From: Minutocellus sp. GHC0000111
Taxonomy: Eukaryota
Assembly (NCBI GenBank): GCA_977018835.1
Contig: OZ361259.1
Span: 3,038,001-3,102,000 of the forward strand
Length of the DNA: 64,000 nt
Direction: 5' to 3'
Made by a program: the position numbers and the translations under genes. Under the pieces are notes generated by a model. That model did no database searches and had not been told where the DNA came from. It saw nothing but the letters and a program-made list of their open reading frames with translations. Positions 21,349 through 32,479 of this stretch are shown here, piece after piece; position 1 is the first letter of the stretch; every line of letters begins with the position of its first letter.

Positions 21349-23268
21349 CTAAGCATCGGGCCAACAAATGGCCACAGTAGCCATGCCGACGAAGAGGAAG
21401 GTGACAATTCCAACAGCGATCCAAATGCTCGGAGCGTCACCATCTTCAAGTTGGCGTCCACAGTAAAAGAGACCGCAGGGGTACGACCTACTATCGGCAA
21501 TCTCGCTCAGCACCCTCTTATACAAGTCATCGTCAACGTTCAGCACATAGCGGACATCAGGAAGGACATCGCGTTTCGAGGAACAGTGGTTGCAGTTCTT
21601 ACACGTGCAGTTACATGCCATTTCATCACCGAGGTCAAAACCGCGAAGATCCTGTGCGGTAGGATCAGTACAAAGGAGATGGTAGTCCTCGTACTGTTCA
21701 ATTTCATCCTCATCTTTTTGCTTGTACAATATTCCAGATTCTAGATCTGGGTCCATCGTCAAGCGGACGTTATCGATTGGCAGATGAAGCTGAATATCTC
21801 CGCTCTCTGTTATGCTCTTGAACAGTTTGCTCTTGCCAATATCGGAGATGTAAGAGGTAACACTCATATCTGAAACAAAGGAGAGGGCAGAATTGAACGA
21901 AGCCGCCGAAGTTGCTGAATCGATTCGCCGATGTCCAGGCTTGGGTCTGATTGCATTGCCGCCATCCAAGGACGATGTAAAATCATTGCGAGAAAACAGG
22001 TGATCCTCGCCCGAGACGTTGTCAGTAGAGCTCGTTCGAACTCTCGGCCTCGGGGGTAGATGTGGATTAGGATGAGGACTTGCCGGGGGACTGTCGCTGT
22101 CCACAAACGTCACACCGTATCCCTCCGCCGAGGCCGTTCGTGCTCTCGGCCGAGGAGGAAGGGGACTGCCGGGGCGGCTGCTATTCATACCGCTGTCAAA
22201 ATTACTCCCGTATCCTCCCAAAGAGGGCGACGGTGGGCGTCGAGAGTCATAGCTCGACCTTCGATTACTCGGTGGTCGCTGACCAGATGTTGTTAGAGGA
22301 CTTCCGATGGCGGCATTTGCAGCCGACGTGAGATTCTGAAAGGACAGTCTTTTTCTAAGTTCTGGAAACCTACCCGATGACGCCGTACTGGTAGCGCCAT
22401 AGCCACCCGCAGCATCCTTTATCAGCAATGATGATGACGATATCTGCCCATCGGTGGCCGACTGCGATCGTCGATGGCGACTCTGTTTGTTTGTGAGACC
22501 TATTCCAGATGATCGGATTGCCCGATTCTGCAACCTCTCGTGCGCTGCCACCATCTCATCGGTGGGTGAATAGGTCGACGGTGGAGATGTCTTGGGTGTC
22601 GCCGGAGAAATGGGCGGCAGGCTCCCACCCCCTCTGGGAGAGGGCAGGAGAGGGCCGTCCGAGGAGAACCCACGGCTCCGACGAGGTTCGCGGAGGATGC
22701 TGGTCGGTTCGCCGCCGACCAAACTGCTCCTGCCACCCGAGTTCGTCCGGGTGAGTGCTATCGGAGGGGGGACTCCCACTGACGCCGCTGCAGCCGCTGC
22801 CGCGGCGGCGGCAGCAGAACCGACCAGGGGCGCCATCTCATCACCGCCCTGACTGAAACTGGACCGATTCCGACGATGCGACCTTCGACCGCTGCCGCTA
22901 CTACCACCACGTCCGGCCATGGGGACAGGCGACATCCGTCTCGACACTTGCTGCTGCTGCAGGGGCGAAGGAGGAGCATCGTACACGCCGATACTGCGCG
23001 GTGGCTTTCTTGACTGTGGAGGGCTCGGCGTCACGGGCTGCGGACGGTGGACCGCACCGCTCAGAGACTGCACCGGATACTCGTATACTTGATGCGGATG
23101 CGGTGCTTGTGGATTCTGATATGAACCACCCTGAGGCGACCAACCGGTCTGCAGTGGTTGCGACTGCTGCTGATACTGCCCATCGTCGCCATAGCTGGGC
23201 ACCCTGCGGTGCGAACGCGGCGGGGATGGTAGACCATAAGACGTTGTTCCTCGCTGACTCGCCCTCAT
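21349..23268 (-). CDS. Hypothetical tail-anchored protein: S/P/R-rich N-terminus, Cys-rich domain, C-terminal TM helix
   Basis: 639-aa ORF with CNCTCKNCNHC and PCGLFYCG, ending SIWIAVGIVTFLFVGMATVAICWPDA. Confidence 0.75.
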   Translation of the reverse strand: MRASQRGTTSYGLPSPPRSHRRVPSYGDDGQYQQQSQPLQTGWSPQGGSYQNPQAPHPHQVYEYPVQSLSGAVHRPQPVTPSPPQSRKPPRSIGVYDAPPSPLQQQQVSRRMSPVPMAGRGGSSGSGRRSHRRNRSSFSQGGDEMAPLVGSAAAAAAAAAAASVGVPPPIALTRTNSGGRSSLVGGEPTSILREPRRSRGFSSDGPLLPSPRGGGSLPPISPATPKTSPPSTYSPTDEMVAAHERLQNRAIRSSGIGLTNKQSRHRRSQSATDGQISSSSLLIKDAAGGYGATSTASSGRFPELRKRLSFQNLTSAANAAIGSPLTTSGQRPPSNRRSSYDSRRPPSPSLGGYGSNFDSGMNSSRPGSPLPPRPRARTASAEGYGVTFVDSDSPPASPHPNPHLPPRPRVRTSSTDNVSGEDHLFSRNDFTSSLDGGNAIRPKPGHRRIDSATSAASFNSALSFVSDMSVTSYISDIGKSKLFKSITESGDIQLHLPIDNVRLTMDPDLESGILYKQKDEDEIEQYEDYHLLCTDPTAQDLRGFDLGDEMACNCTCKNCNHCSSKRDVLPDVRYVLNVDDDLYKRVLSEIADSRSYPCGLFYCGRQLEDGDAPSIWIAVGIVTFLFVGMATVAICWPDA

Positions 23269-23724
23269 GTTCTATAAATCTTTCTGCTGAGTGAAACTTT
23301 CAGAAAAAATGGCGCCAACCGAACCCGCGAAAGGAAAGTGCAGGGATCTACCTTATGTATGCCTACTTTTCCGAAACAATGTTACTCAACACATCATGCA
23401 TGTACTTTCGATTCGAATATAGTGGTACTCGGTCAACAGAGGGGGTAGATCTTCCAGCAACAAACAGCGATGGAGCAGGTGTGGTTGTTGGTTGGTGGGC
23501 AGTCGAACCCCTCATCACATCGCGCGCTCTCTCGCGGCTCTCACAAACTCACAAGCGGTTCGAGATTCCGCCTTGAACGGAAATGGGAGCGCAGTCTGAA
23601 GTCGAGTGAGTCATGCCAGGGTCATCGAAAGCAGCAGCACCAAAAGACCTCTGACCTTCAGACCTCTCACCTCTCACTTTTCGGACCAGCTCATTGAGGG
23701 TAGGAATCCTACAGCCGCCTAATA

Positions 23725-24939
23725 ATGGACGCTGCGGATTCACTGGGTCTCGGCCCATCCATACAAGAAGTCGAGAAATGGTTCCTCGGTCTCGGCTATG
23801 ACCGCACCGTCGTGGGAGAGTCACTTCAGGGGCGGGAACTTGTCACATTTCGCAAACGCTTTAGTGATGCGTCCGCCAGTACCACCACCTCCGACTCTAC
23901 CAATCCGCCCTCAAATCATCGGACAGTCCTATTCCAATCGTTGGTTCATGGCAATGAACCTCTGGGTCTCCTGGCGCTCCTTCATACGGCGTCGGCCCTG
24001 TCTGCCGGCAGTTCGATGCACCGCATGAAGAGCTTGTTGCAGTCCTCCGAAGACATTCACAGTTTGGACTTGGTCTTCTTCCCCATGGTCAATGTCGATG
24101 CCTACCAGCTCAATTTGGACGCGCTGAAAAACAAGGGTGCGTTCGGATGCAGGCGGACGAATATGCGTGCCATATGTCCCACGGTAGCCGAGGATGAAGC
24201 TGGGACATGCCCGTACATACCCGATCAGGGAATCGATCTCAACCGCAACTTTCCGGCCGATTTCGAGGTGGAATGTCCCCTCCCGGCGAGGGAATGCTGC
24301 TCGGCCCATCCCGGCGATCGGCCATTCAGTGAGCCCGAATCGCGGGCCATCCGAGAGGCCGTGGACAGATTCCATCCCGACGCGGCCATTAGCTTTCACA
24401 GTCAAGACTTTGAGAAGACCAGCATTTTGCTATATCCGTTCGCGTCACCAATTGATCACACAATGAACGACGTAGACTTGAAACGGTTCCAATCCTGGGG
24501 CAGAGCGATGGAACCGAGGAAGGGGGTGTACAGCGTGGGCGATCCATTTGGCGCCCTGGGTTATCGAGCATCTGGCACATGCTTGGATTGCATGTATGCA
24601 TCGAGGAATGTAACAGTATTTGTATTGGAATCGGCATCGCCATGTGGCAATAGATGGTGCGACGAGAAGAAGTATGGACGAAGAATGAGAACGACAGCAC
24701 GCATGTATGCCTCATCGGGGGTTACCTTGGTTGAACTGGTGTTGGGCGCACCAGCGCGGACGCACTATTGGTCGGGAACGGCAGCTTTATTCATCGTCGT
24801 CGCAATACTAGGAGCTTGGCTGTCGGGTGGGAGATTTCAACTGCTTTTGCTGAGATTGATCCGCTACGTTCAGGGAAAGCAAGACGGCTCGGCTTCTTGT
24901 GGAAGAGACGTCGAAATGCAGAGATTTGTGTCGCGCTAG
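23725..24939 (+). CDS. M14 zinc carboxypeptidase with C-terminal TM helix; true start may lie upstream
   Basis: HGNE Zn motif, FPMVNVD, RRTN, GIDLNRNF, PFSEPESRAI, SFHS and catalytic LE. Confidence 0.9.
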   Translation: MDAADSLGLGPSIQEVEKWFLGLGYDRTVVGESLQGRELVTFRKRFSDASASTTTSDSTNPPSNHRTVLFQSLVHGNEPLGLLALLHTASALSAGSSMHRMKSLLQSSEDIHSLDLVFFPMVNVDAYQLNLDALKNKGAFGCRRTNMRAICPTVAEDEAGTCPYIPDQGIDLNRNFPADFEVECPLPARECCSAHPGDRPFSEPESRAIREAVDRFHPDAAISFHSQDFEKTSILLYPFASPIDHTMNDVDLKRFQSWGRAMEPRKGVYSVGDPFGALGYRASGTCLDCMYASRNVTVFVLESASPCGNRWCDEKKYGRRMRTTARMYASSGVTLVELVLGAPARTHYWSGTAALFIVVAILGAWLSGGRFQLLLLRLIRYVQGKQDGSASCGRDVEMQRFVSR

Positions 24940-25258
24940 CCAGCTAGAGCTTTATATAATTGCTTTTGTAGCGTATCTGTAATAATGTATTCTTCAAAAC
25001 ACGAAGATACACTCGTGTAGGAATTCCTAGATTGGATCGCAGATGCTGTCTTGCAATACTACTTGGTAAACAGCAAGGCCCCACAAAATACGACGAGGCT
25101 CGTACATAGTACACCTACGATTACCGGCACTACGTACGATTGTAGTAAGAAGGAAGTATCGCACATACACACAATGAGGTCGTCTAAACAAACATGAAAT
25201 CAAATATACATTATCTATGGCCCTAAACGGAGAAAGAAATTGCCTCCATTGACATCGT

Positions 25259-26038
25259 TTAGTTGATGTACCCAGAGTTGGCATACTCCTTGAGAGTCTG
25301 GAAGATGGGGAAGAAGAAGAACGGAGTCTCGTCGACGACGCCAACATTGCTGACGGCCTCCTGGATGGCGAAGGCAAAGATTGCAATCATGGCGAGACGG
25401 CCGTTCTTGATCTCGGCGGTCTCCATCCACTTCTTGCCGTCCTCGGACTTGGGATAAGCACCAAGGGGGTCGAAGCCAAGGTCGCCGGGACCGGCGTAGT
25501 CACCACCCTTGGAACGCATGATGCCAAAGGCATCGACGGCACCGGCGAGGGCGAGGCAGGCGACCCAGTAGGCGGGGTTGACCTTGCCAAGTCCACCGTT
25601 AAGGATCGAGGGGGCGCGGTCGGCGGCATCGACGACGGCGGGCATGTTGAGAGCGGCGGCAGTCTTCTTGTCGAAGACCTCGGAAAGAGGCCAGCCAGCG
25701 GCGGCGAGCATGGCGAGACGGGCATGCTTGACCTCGGCCTCACGGTAATTGAGGAGGTCCTCCTTGGTCTTGGCAAATCCAAGAGGATCGAAACCGACGT
25801 CACCGGCGAGAGTTCCATCGAGAGCAGCAGGGCGGGCCATGAAGGGCATGCTCTGGGACTTGGCAGGAAGGGAGGGAGTGGCAGGCTCCTCAATCATGAT
25901 GGGAGTCTCCTCGGCGGTGGCAGTGGGCTCCTCGGACATTCGAAGAGCGGTGACGGACGCAGCAGAGGAAGAAGCGGGGGCGAAGGCGCTGGCGGTACCG
26001 GCGAGGGCAGAGAAGGCGATGGCAAGGGAGAGCTTCAT
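25259..26038 (-). CDS. Fucoxanthin-chlorophyll a/c light-harvesting protein (Lhcr/Lhcz-like)
   Basis: Signal peptide plus ASAFAP motif, GDVGFDPLG, EAEVKHARLAMLA, GDLGFDPLG and AEIKNGRLAMIA. Confidence 0.96.
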   Translation of the reverse strand: MKLSLAIAFSALAGTASAFAPASSSAASVTALRMSEEPTATAEETPIMIEEPATPSLPAKSQSMPFMARPAALDGTLAGDVGFDPLGFAKTKEDLLNYREAEVKHARLAMLAAAGWPLSEVFDKKTAAALNMPAVVDAADRAPSILNGGLGKVNPAYWVACLALAGAVDAFGIMRSKGGDYAGPGDLGFDPLGAYPKSEDGKKWMETAEIKNGRLAMIAIFAFAIQEAVSNVGVVDETPFFFFPIFQTLKEYANSGYIN

Positions 26039-26532
26039 GGTTGCTATTGATGATGCTTCTTTCGATCGAATTGTGAGACAGTAGAGTAAGAATGCACGGC
26101 CAACTAGTGCAGTGTGATGGGTGGATGAGTCAGGAGATCCAGTCAGAGCCGAAGTTCATCGATCTTCCGGTGCGTCAGATAAGACATATTCCCATTTTCT
26201 AATTTGTTATCATTTGTATTAGGGGAGGTTTAGGCTTTTTACGTACTCTAGTACCGGTACGTACGTAGAACGCCCGCCACGCCTTTTGCGAAAGTCGGCC
26301 CTCCCTTCAGCGATCGATACTGGATCCCATTCAACTGACAGGTTTGCCTTGATCGCTGCGCCCTCAAGAACAAAGAGAAGACCAGTCCTGAAGTCGCTTC
26401 CAGGTCTGTTTGCAGCAAGCTTCGTCGTTCGTCTTTTGGCCCTGCGATATCTTGGCTGGCTCGCCAGAAAATCTATCTGGCACAATACGTGCTGCTTTTT
26501 GTTTGCAAAGTAGCCCCATCTCGATTCAATCA

Positions 26533-29500
26533 ATGATGTACCCATCGGCCACGATTACGCCGACCGTCTCCTCTGGTTATCCCTCTGCCTCGTCCATCTT
26601 GGAAAGTGTGCCCAGTGGTAGCTGCGGCAATGGTGCCGGCGTGTCCCTCATCTCGCGTCCCGTCGTCGATGAGTGCTCTCGCGACGGCGATGATGAGGGC
26701 AGCAGCAGCGCCAATCCGCTGGCGAGACGTCGAACCGAAGAAGAGACTCGGCACGATGGCGTAGATGGTGGTGACGACGACGAAGAAGGCGACAACCACA
26801 ACCATGACGAGTACGAAAATAAATACAATCTCGTCAACAACGTCGACGTGTGTGTCACGACCATATCGTCCAAGCCACCGACGCTGCCCCTGCGGGAGGA
26901 GCTGCCCAGCCTCGGAGTTGAGCTGGTCTACAACGCGAAGGGCACTGGTATGCGCGGAGTTCGGAGGACGTATCGTGATGCCAAGCGTCGTCCGCCTCCA
27001 GTCCCTCATGTATCTAGTGGCGATGGAAAGAAGAAAGCTTCCAATAGTAAAAATGCAGGAGGTGGTGGTCTGAGGAAGGTCGTGAGACAGACGAGGCTGG
27101 GTCGGCGCATCCTGCGAACCGGATCGTCAGGATCACTCCAATCCATGGTCAGTGGAGGCGCCGCCCCCTCCAGTCCCACTGGCACAGGAACATCCATTGT
27201 GAGCCCACCCCGAAAGGCTGCTATTTCGTACGAAACATACCATCGCACCACCCTTCGTTCGCCGGGAAGTAGCGTTGCATCGTCCTTCAAAGATGATCAG
27301 GAGAGCATTGCAACGCATTCCACTGGTGTTTGTTCAGAAGACGAGGATGCCGCAAGCTTGGACAAAATTGATGAGGGAACGGGTCTGGTACCAGAGCAAG
27401 ATGTCGTTTCCTACTGCCGCCAAGAGCGACGAAAGAAGTGGGAGGACACGGAAGCCAGCAATCCTGCCCTTATAGGAGATGAGGGTCCAGAAGAGGACGC
27501 TGGGCTGTCGTACAACTTCAACGAATCTAGTACCAGCAACGTGCCTGTTTCTAGCCCAACCACCACCATGGCAGCAGTCGCCGCAAGTCCTCCTCCAACA
27601 CGCACTTCGGACAATATCGCCCCACCAACCCCTCCTGCCACGCCGATGCAAAAGATAGAGGAATGGAGCGAGGCTCTTCGCAATGTTTGTTGCTTTGGAT
27701 ATGTTAACCTCAGTCACAAGGGCAAGAAGAGCGACAAGGATGAGCACACGGCGCCCCTTCTGGGCATATCACCATCGCAGGACTCCGATATGCAAGATCT
27801 GCTCGACAAGATGGAGGAAGAAAAGATACCGGCAGGTTTTTTGCAGGATGTGGGAATCGGTCATGGTCCAAATCCAGCCCACGCCGCGGACAATTTTACT
27901 GTAATCACCGAAGAAATTCAAGAAGAGGAGGAGGAAGAAGAAGGCCAGATGTATGAGAATGAATTATTCGCTCTCCTGTCGATGTATGAGAATGAATTAT
28001 TCGCTCTCCTGTCGCAGTATGATGCCCGTCCCGAGGAAGCAAAGGAATTGCTCAATGAGAATCCTGAGCTTGCAAGTGTCGTCCTTCAGGGAACTGGTCG
28101 CATGGCACTACACGAGCTTTGTGATCGGGGGCTACCTCTTGACCCGTGGATCTTCTTGCCCGATGGGGACAATGATGATGACGAGCAAGCAGGAAACGAC
28201 AATGAAGCCGGCGTCAGTGAATCGAACTATCATGACAATGAGGACAATGCTCGTCGACTGCTGGATGGTCTTCTGGGCGATGTTACTAATCTACGTATCT
28301 TGCTCAAGGTCGTTGCATGGGCCAATGTCAAGGCTTGCGGCACCAAGGACTCCAACTCGGACCTGCCCCTTCATATCCTCGCCCGCCGCCTCGTGGAGTG
28401 GGAGAAGTCCTGGAACAATGACGACGTTAGATATTTTTGCGATCCTAGCGACATTTCCAACTCGGCTCGATTCACCACCATTTATCGAACCATGGCCGAG
28501 TGCCTTGAAGTCGTCCTCCGACCTGTGGGAGAAGATCGAGAGCTGTGCCTGACCGGCGGGAGCTGCAATGTTTTGCCTCTCCATATCGGTGCCCTCTTTG
28601 GTGTCTCTTACGATGTCCTTCGTATCTTGCTTGATCAAGCTCCAATGGTGGCTCACATACCATGCACGGTTCACAATGATTTGAATTCTACTTCGAGCGA
28701 ATCTGAGATACTCCCCTTGACCTTGTTGGAGCAGCGGGAAGTCGAACAAACGTACAGTGATCCATCCACCGATGCGCCACAGTTGGCGGCAGCGGGTGCC
28801 AGTAACTCTTCCGGCAACTTTAGCGTTGGAATTCAGTGGTCTAGTTCAGCTTTGGAAAGCGGGCCTATATCCAACGATTTTGTCCGTAAGAGCGATCTCC
28901 TTTTTGCATACAATCCCAACATACTTCCTCAAAGAAAAGAGGCCGCTCGTCTCAGACGGATCGAATCGATGGTTCGGAGTGAAGTGATGCAGAAAAACGC
29001 CTCGATAGGCACATTCGGGGACAAGAAGCTCAGCTTTGCTATTGAATCAGTGTGGTTGTTCATGTGCACATTTACAAACCAAGTGGACGAGAGCGATCAT
29101 TATGCCGACACTGTCAGACGCATCGTCGATGGTCTGGACTCCGTCTCGCTTCTCAAGCTGGTAGCAATCACAGACAACGGCGGCCGCGAGCTGCTAGATG
29201 TTGCGAATCCTAAGTGTGCCGCAGTCATCAAGGACAGTCTTCAAGAGGCAGTTCAGACTGGGAGTTTGTCGCCACGTTGTGCATCTCCGTCGTCGCATGC
29301 CAGTCAATGTGCCTCCCCAACTTCATCTCAAGCAAGTCAAAAGTCGATCCTCAAGAAGAAAAAGATTGAAAGTCCTCAAGACGTCCCCAAAGAGTGCAAA
29401 GATTCTCATGCTGCTTCGACCATGGAAATATGCAATGAAATAGGCCGCCTTTGCAAGACAGTATTCCGGCTCAAGAAGGACGATGTTCCAACCAGCTTCA

Positions 29501-32338
29501 TTATTCTTCCGTATAAGATGAAGGAGGAAGTGAACGGTCAGATTGCCCTTGCCTCTTCCAAGGACGCTGGACTCGCCATGAAATTCGCCCATTCTCTCGT
29601 CAAACTTACGGCTCCTCGTGCTATCCTCTATGCTTTAGGTGAGTATCGCTCGGCAATCTTATGTAGAAAAAACATGCTTGCCATATTTCTATCCTTACCC
29701 TGCCACCTGCATGATATTTACTTATTTCTTGCTACGCTACAGAAAAGAAATTCCACGAGCGTCGGGGTTGTCCATCGGATTTGGCATCGGCCTTATCTTC
29801 GGAACAAAAAGAGGAGATTGAAAACGATCTAGTCGTTTTCCTTAGCCTTTACACATCCAATATCGGCTATCTTTACCTTCTCGATGAAAGGACCGGGGTT
29901 CCCATGATAAAAAATACGCTCAATGGACCTTCGACTTATCCCATTATCATTTCCAATGCCTACGCTACCGTCGATAAACTCCTTCCACTAATGCAAATGG
30001 GTATGACATTGATGAGAGGAGAAGTAGCGCTCAAGGTCCTTGGTCAAGTGATTTGTCTCGGGGCCAACACTATTTCCCCTCGGTCTTGGGTCGGCGTTTC
30101 ACAAGACATTGCCAAGCTCATGTACTGTGGACAGCGTGCGATGCATTTGTCTCATGAGGAAAAGGACAAACTTATGAATTTGCGAGACAAACTTGTCCAG
30201 TATGCGTCGACCATGTCGGCAAAGGTTCAAAAGGAAGGCTTGGGCTTTGAAGACGGCTCGGAGTGGGTTGTGGAAATGTCATTCCTACGGACTGTCCTCG
30301 AGAAATTTGATGGGAGAAGATCCTACGCTGGTTTGAAGCCTATCAAAGATCACGGACGAATCATATGGACGAGACAAGTAGAATCAAGCGATCAGGCGGG
30401 AGACATCAAGGTTCCCGGCGATTATGTCGAAGCTCGGTATCGTTACGATGCTTTTATTCACACATCAATCAATGTCAACCAAGAACAGGGTAGTGAGGTT
30501 AGCAGCATGACAAGTGTATCCTACGAAGAATCTTCGGAAGCAAGTCAAAGTCAATCAAACGAAGACGAAGATGAGGTACCAGCAGTCATTGTTCAGACGC
30601 TTTCAGCTGTCTGCGAAGAAGACATGGATGAGAGCTCCGGTGATGGCGAGGCAAGGGGAGATAAAGCTGCTGCTACTACCGAATCTGAAGGTGAACGAGT
30701 TTCACCCACCAATGCTTGTACTGATCCTGTGCAGCACGAAATTGCCGACCCAGACGACGACGAGTACACGGAAATTACCGCCGGCAGTAACACCGAAGAC
30801 TTCGAAGTAGGACAGACAGCCGACGTCACAAATAGCGGCAACAATGAAGCAGAGATAACTGATCCTGCTGGTCTGGACAGCGAGGGCGTTAATGAAATCA
30901 CGGAAAGTACAGCAAAATGGGGCGAGAGCTCGTCTTCCCGGGGAACCTACCCTGCAGTGCTTGAAGCACTTGGATTTGATATGTACAACAATGGTCAGAC
31001 GGAGGAAGAGAAGGTTAACGCCGATACTACAAATTTGCGTCCAGAAGAAGAAATAGCTGATGATGACCTTCCAAGTGAAGATGATGAAATACCGCAGATT
31101 TCCCACTCCAACGAAACAGACCTAACTTTATCCCTTGAGGCCCATGTAGAAGAATCTACTCCCAATGGCACGAAATCTGACTGTCCCAAATCCAAAATAC
31201 GTTCCTGTGCATCAACATCGTCTGATCAAATCATCGCGGCATTCTCATTGAAGAAGCCGTTTTGAGCCTCGATAATGGCGACGAGACATTGGTATCACCA
31301 ACCAATACAGAATTTTCTTCTTTCTGTAACGCCACAGGAGCTGACCTCGCTGACCTGGACAATTTAGCATCAGAGGTCAACGACTGCAACAACTTAAGCT
31401 TCGATTTAAGTGAAGGGGAAGAAGAAGATAGGTCCAGATCAGCTCTGTCTCTCATCCTTAACGAGGATCACTCATCTCTAAATGGCGACGACGATGATAA
31501 GGTGAATGATTCACCCACCGCCGAAGGAGACTTTAGCAATTTTTGTGCATTTCAGGTGAAGAGCCGCATTGCAGATGGTGTCGATTCCTACGAAAGACTC
31601 CACCCTGGTACCCAAACGATCAAATTTATCCTTACGGGGAGTGCAGATGCAGCGAATGACAAGAGCGTCGACTCTGGTGTCACCAGACTTTCCATCCTGG
31701 ACGAAGAAGGAAATCTGATAGAGGGTGAGGAGCTTGGCACTGCCGAAGAGCTTCTTGCTTTTGTATCGAACTCGGTCCAAAAGGTACAAGAAATAAAGGA
31801 AAAGGAAACCCAAATCAGAGACATGCAAAATGCTCTGGCAGCTTATGACAACATGAAGTCAGCTGAAATACATGAGAAGGAGATTGCAATCCGAGACCTT
31901 ACTAGGACTTTGCGACTTTATGAGGAAGAATTCCATAGCGTTGCCGATGCCACGACGAACAAATGTTACAAGGACAGTGTGGAATTATCAATGTCCATTC
32001 GTTCCGCCTATGATGGGGATAATGGTACTCTCGGCACCAACGATGATATCAAGCGAGATATTGCTACCAAGATCAGAGCCGGTATGAAGGCGTATCTCTA
32101 CGACTTGCACCATACTTATTTTTCGAAGGACTTTGAAATCGAGCAACTTAGGCTGGCCTTCCACACGAGAGAGACAGAAATCATTCGCGAGAAGAACCTG
32201 GAGATTTCATCGTTGCATAAGAAGTTGGCGGTAAAGGAAATTTCGATTGATGAGTATGAACAGAGAATCGAAAAGCTCTTGCAGTCTATTCCCGGTGAAG
32301 AAGACGAAATCACAATCAGCACAGGCTCAATTCTTTAA
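26533..32338 (+). CDS. Large hypothetical protein (about 1900 aa) with degenerate ankyrin-like repeats, acidic region and C-terminal coiled coil; intron 29639-29742; apparent frameshift near 31230-31262
   Basis: GTGAGT..ACAG intron joins the ORFs in frame (ALEKKFHE). Motifs GRMALHELC, DLPLHILA and VLPLHIGA. Heptad-rich EKETQIRDMQNAL region near the end. Confidence 0.7.
27949..28014 (+). repeat. Perfect 33-bp in-frame tandem duplication (MYENELFALLS x2)
   Basis: atgtatgagaatgaattattcgctctcctgtcg occurs twice, back to back. Confidence 0.95.
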
Positions 32339-32479
32339 GGATCTAATATTATGCATTGCAATTTTATAAAACTAATTCAATTCATATTCACATTACTAAT
32401 TCTAGCTGCTAGTAATTTCAGTTGCCGGAAAGAATTTACATGGAAAGGAAATCCCCACCGATGATCATTACTCTCTCAC

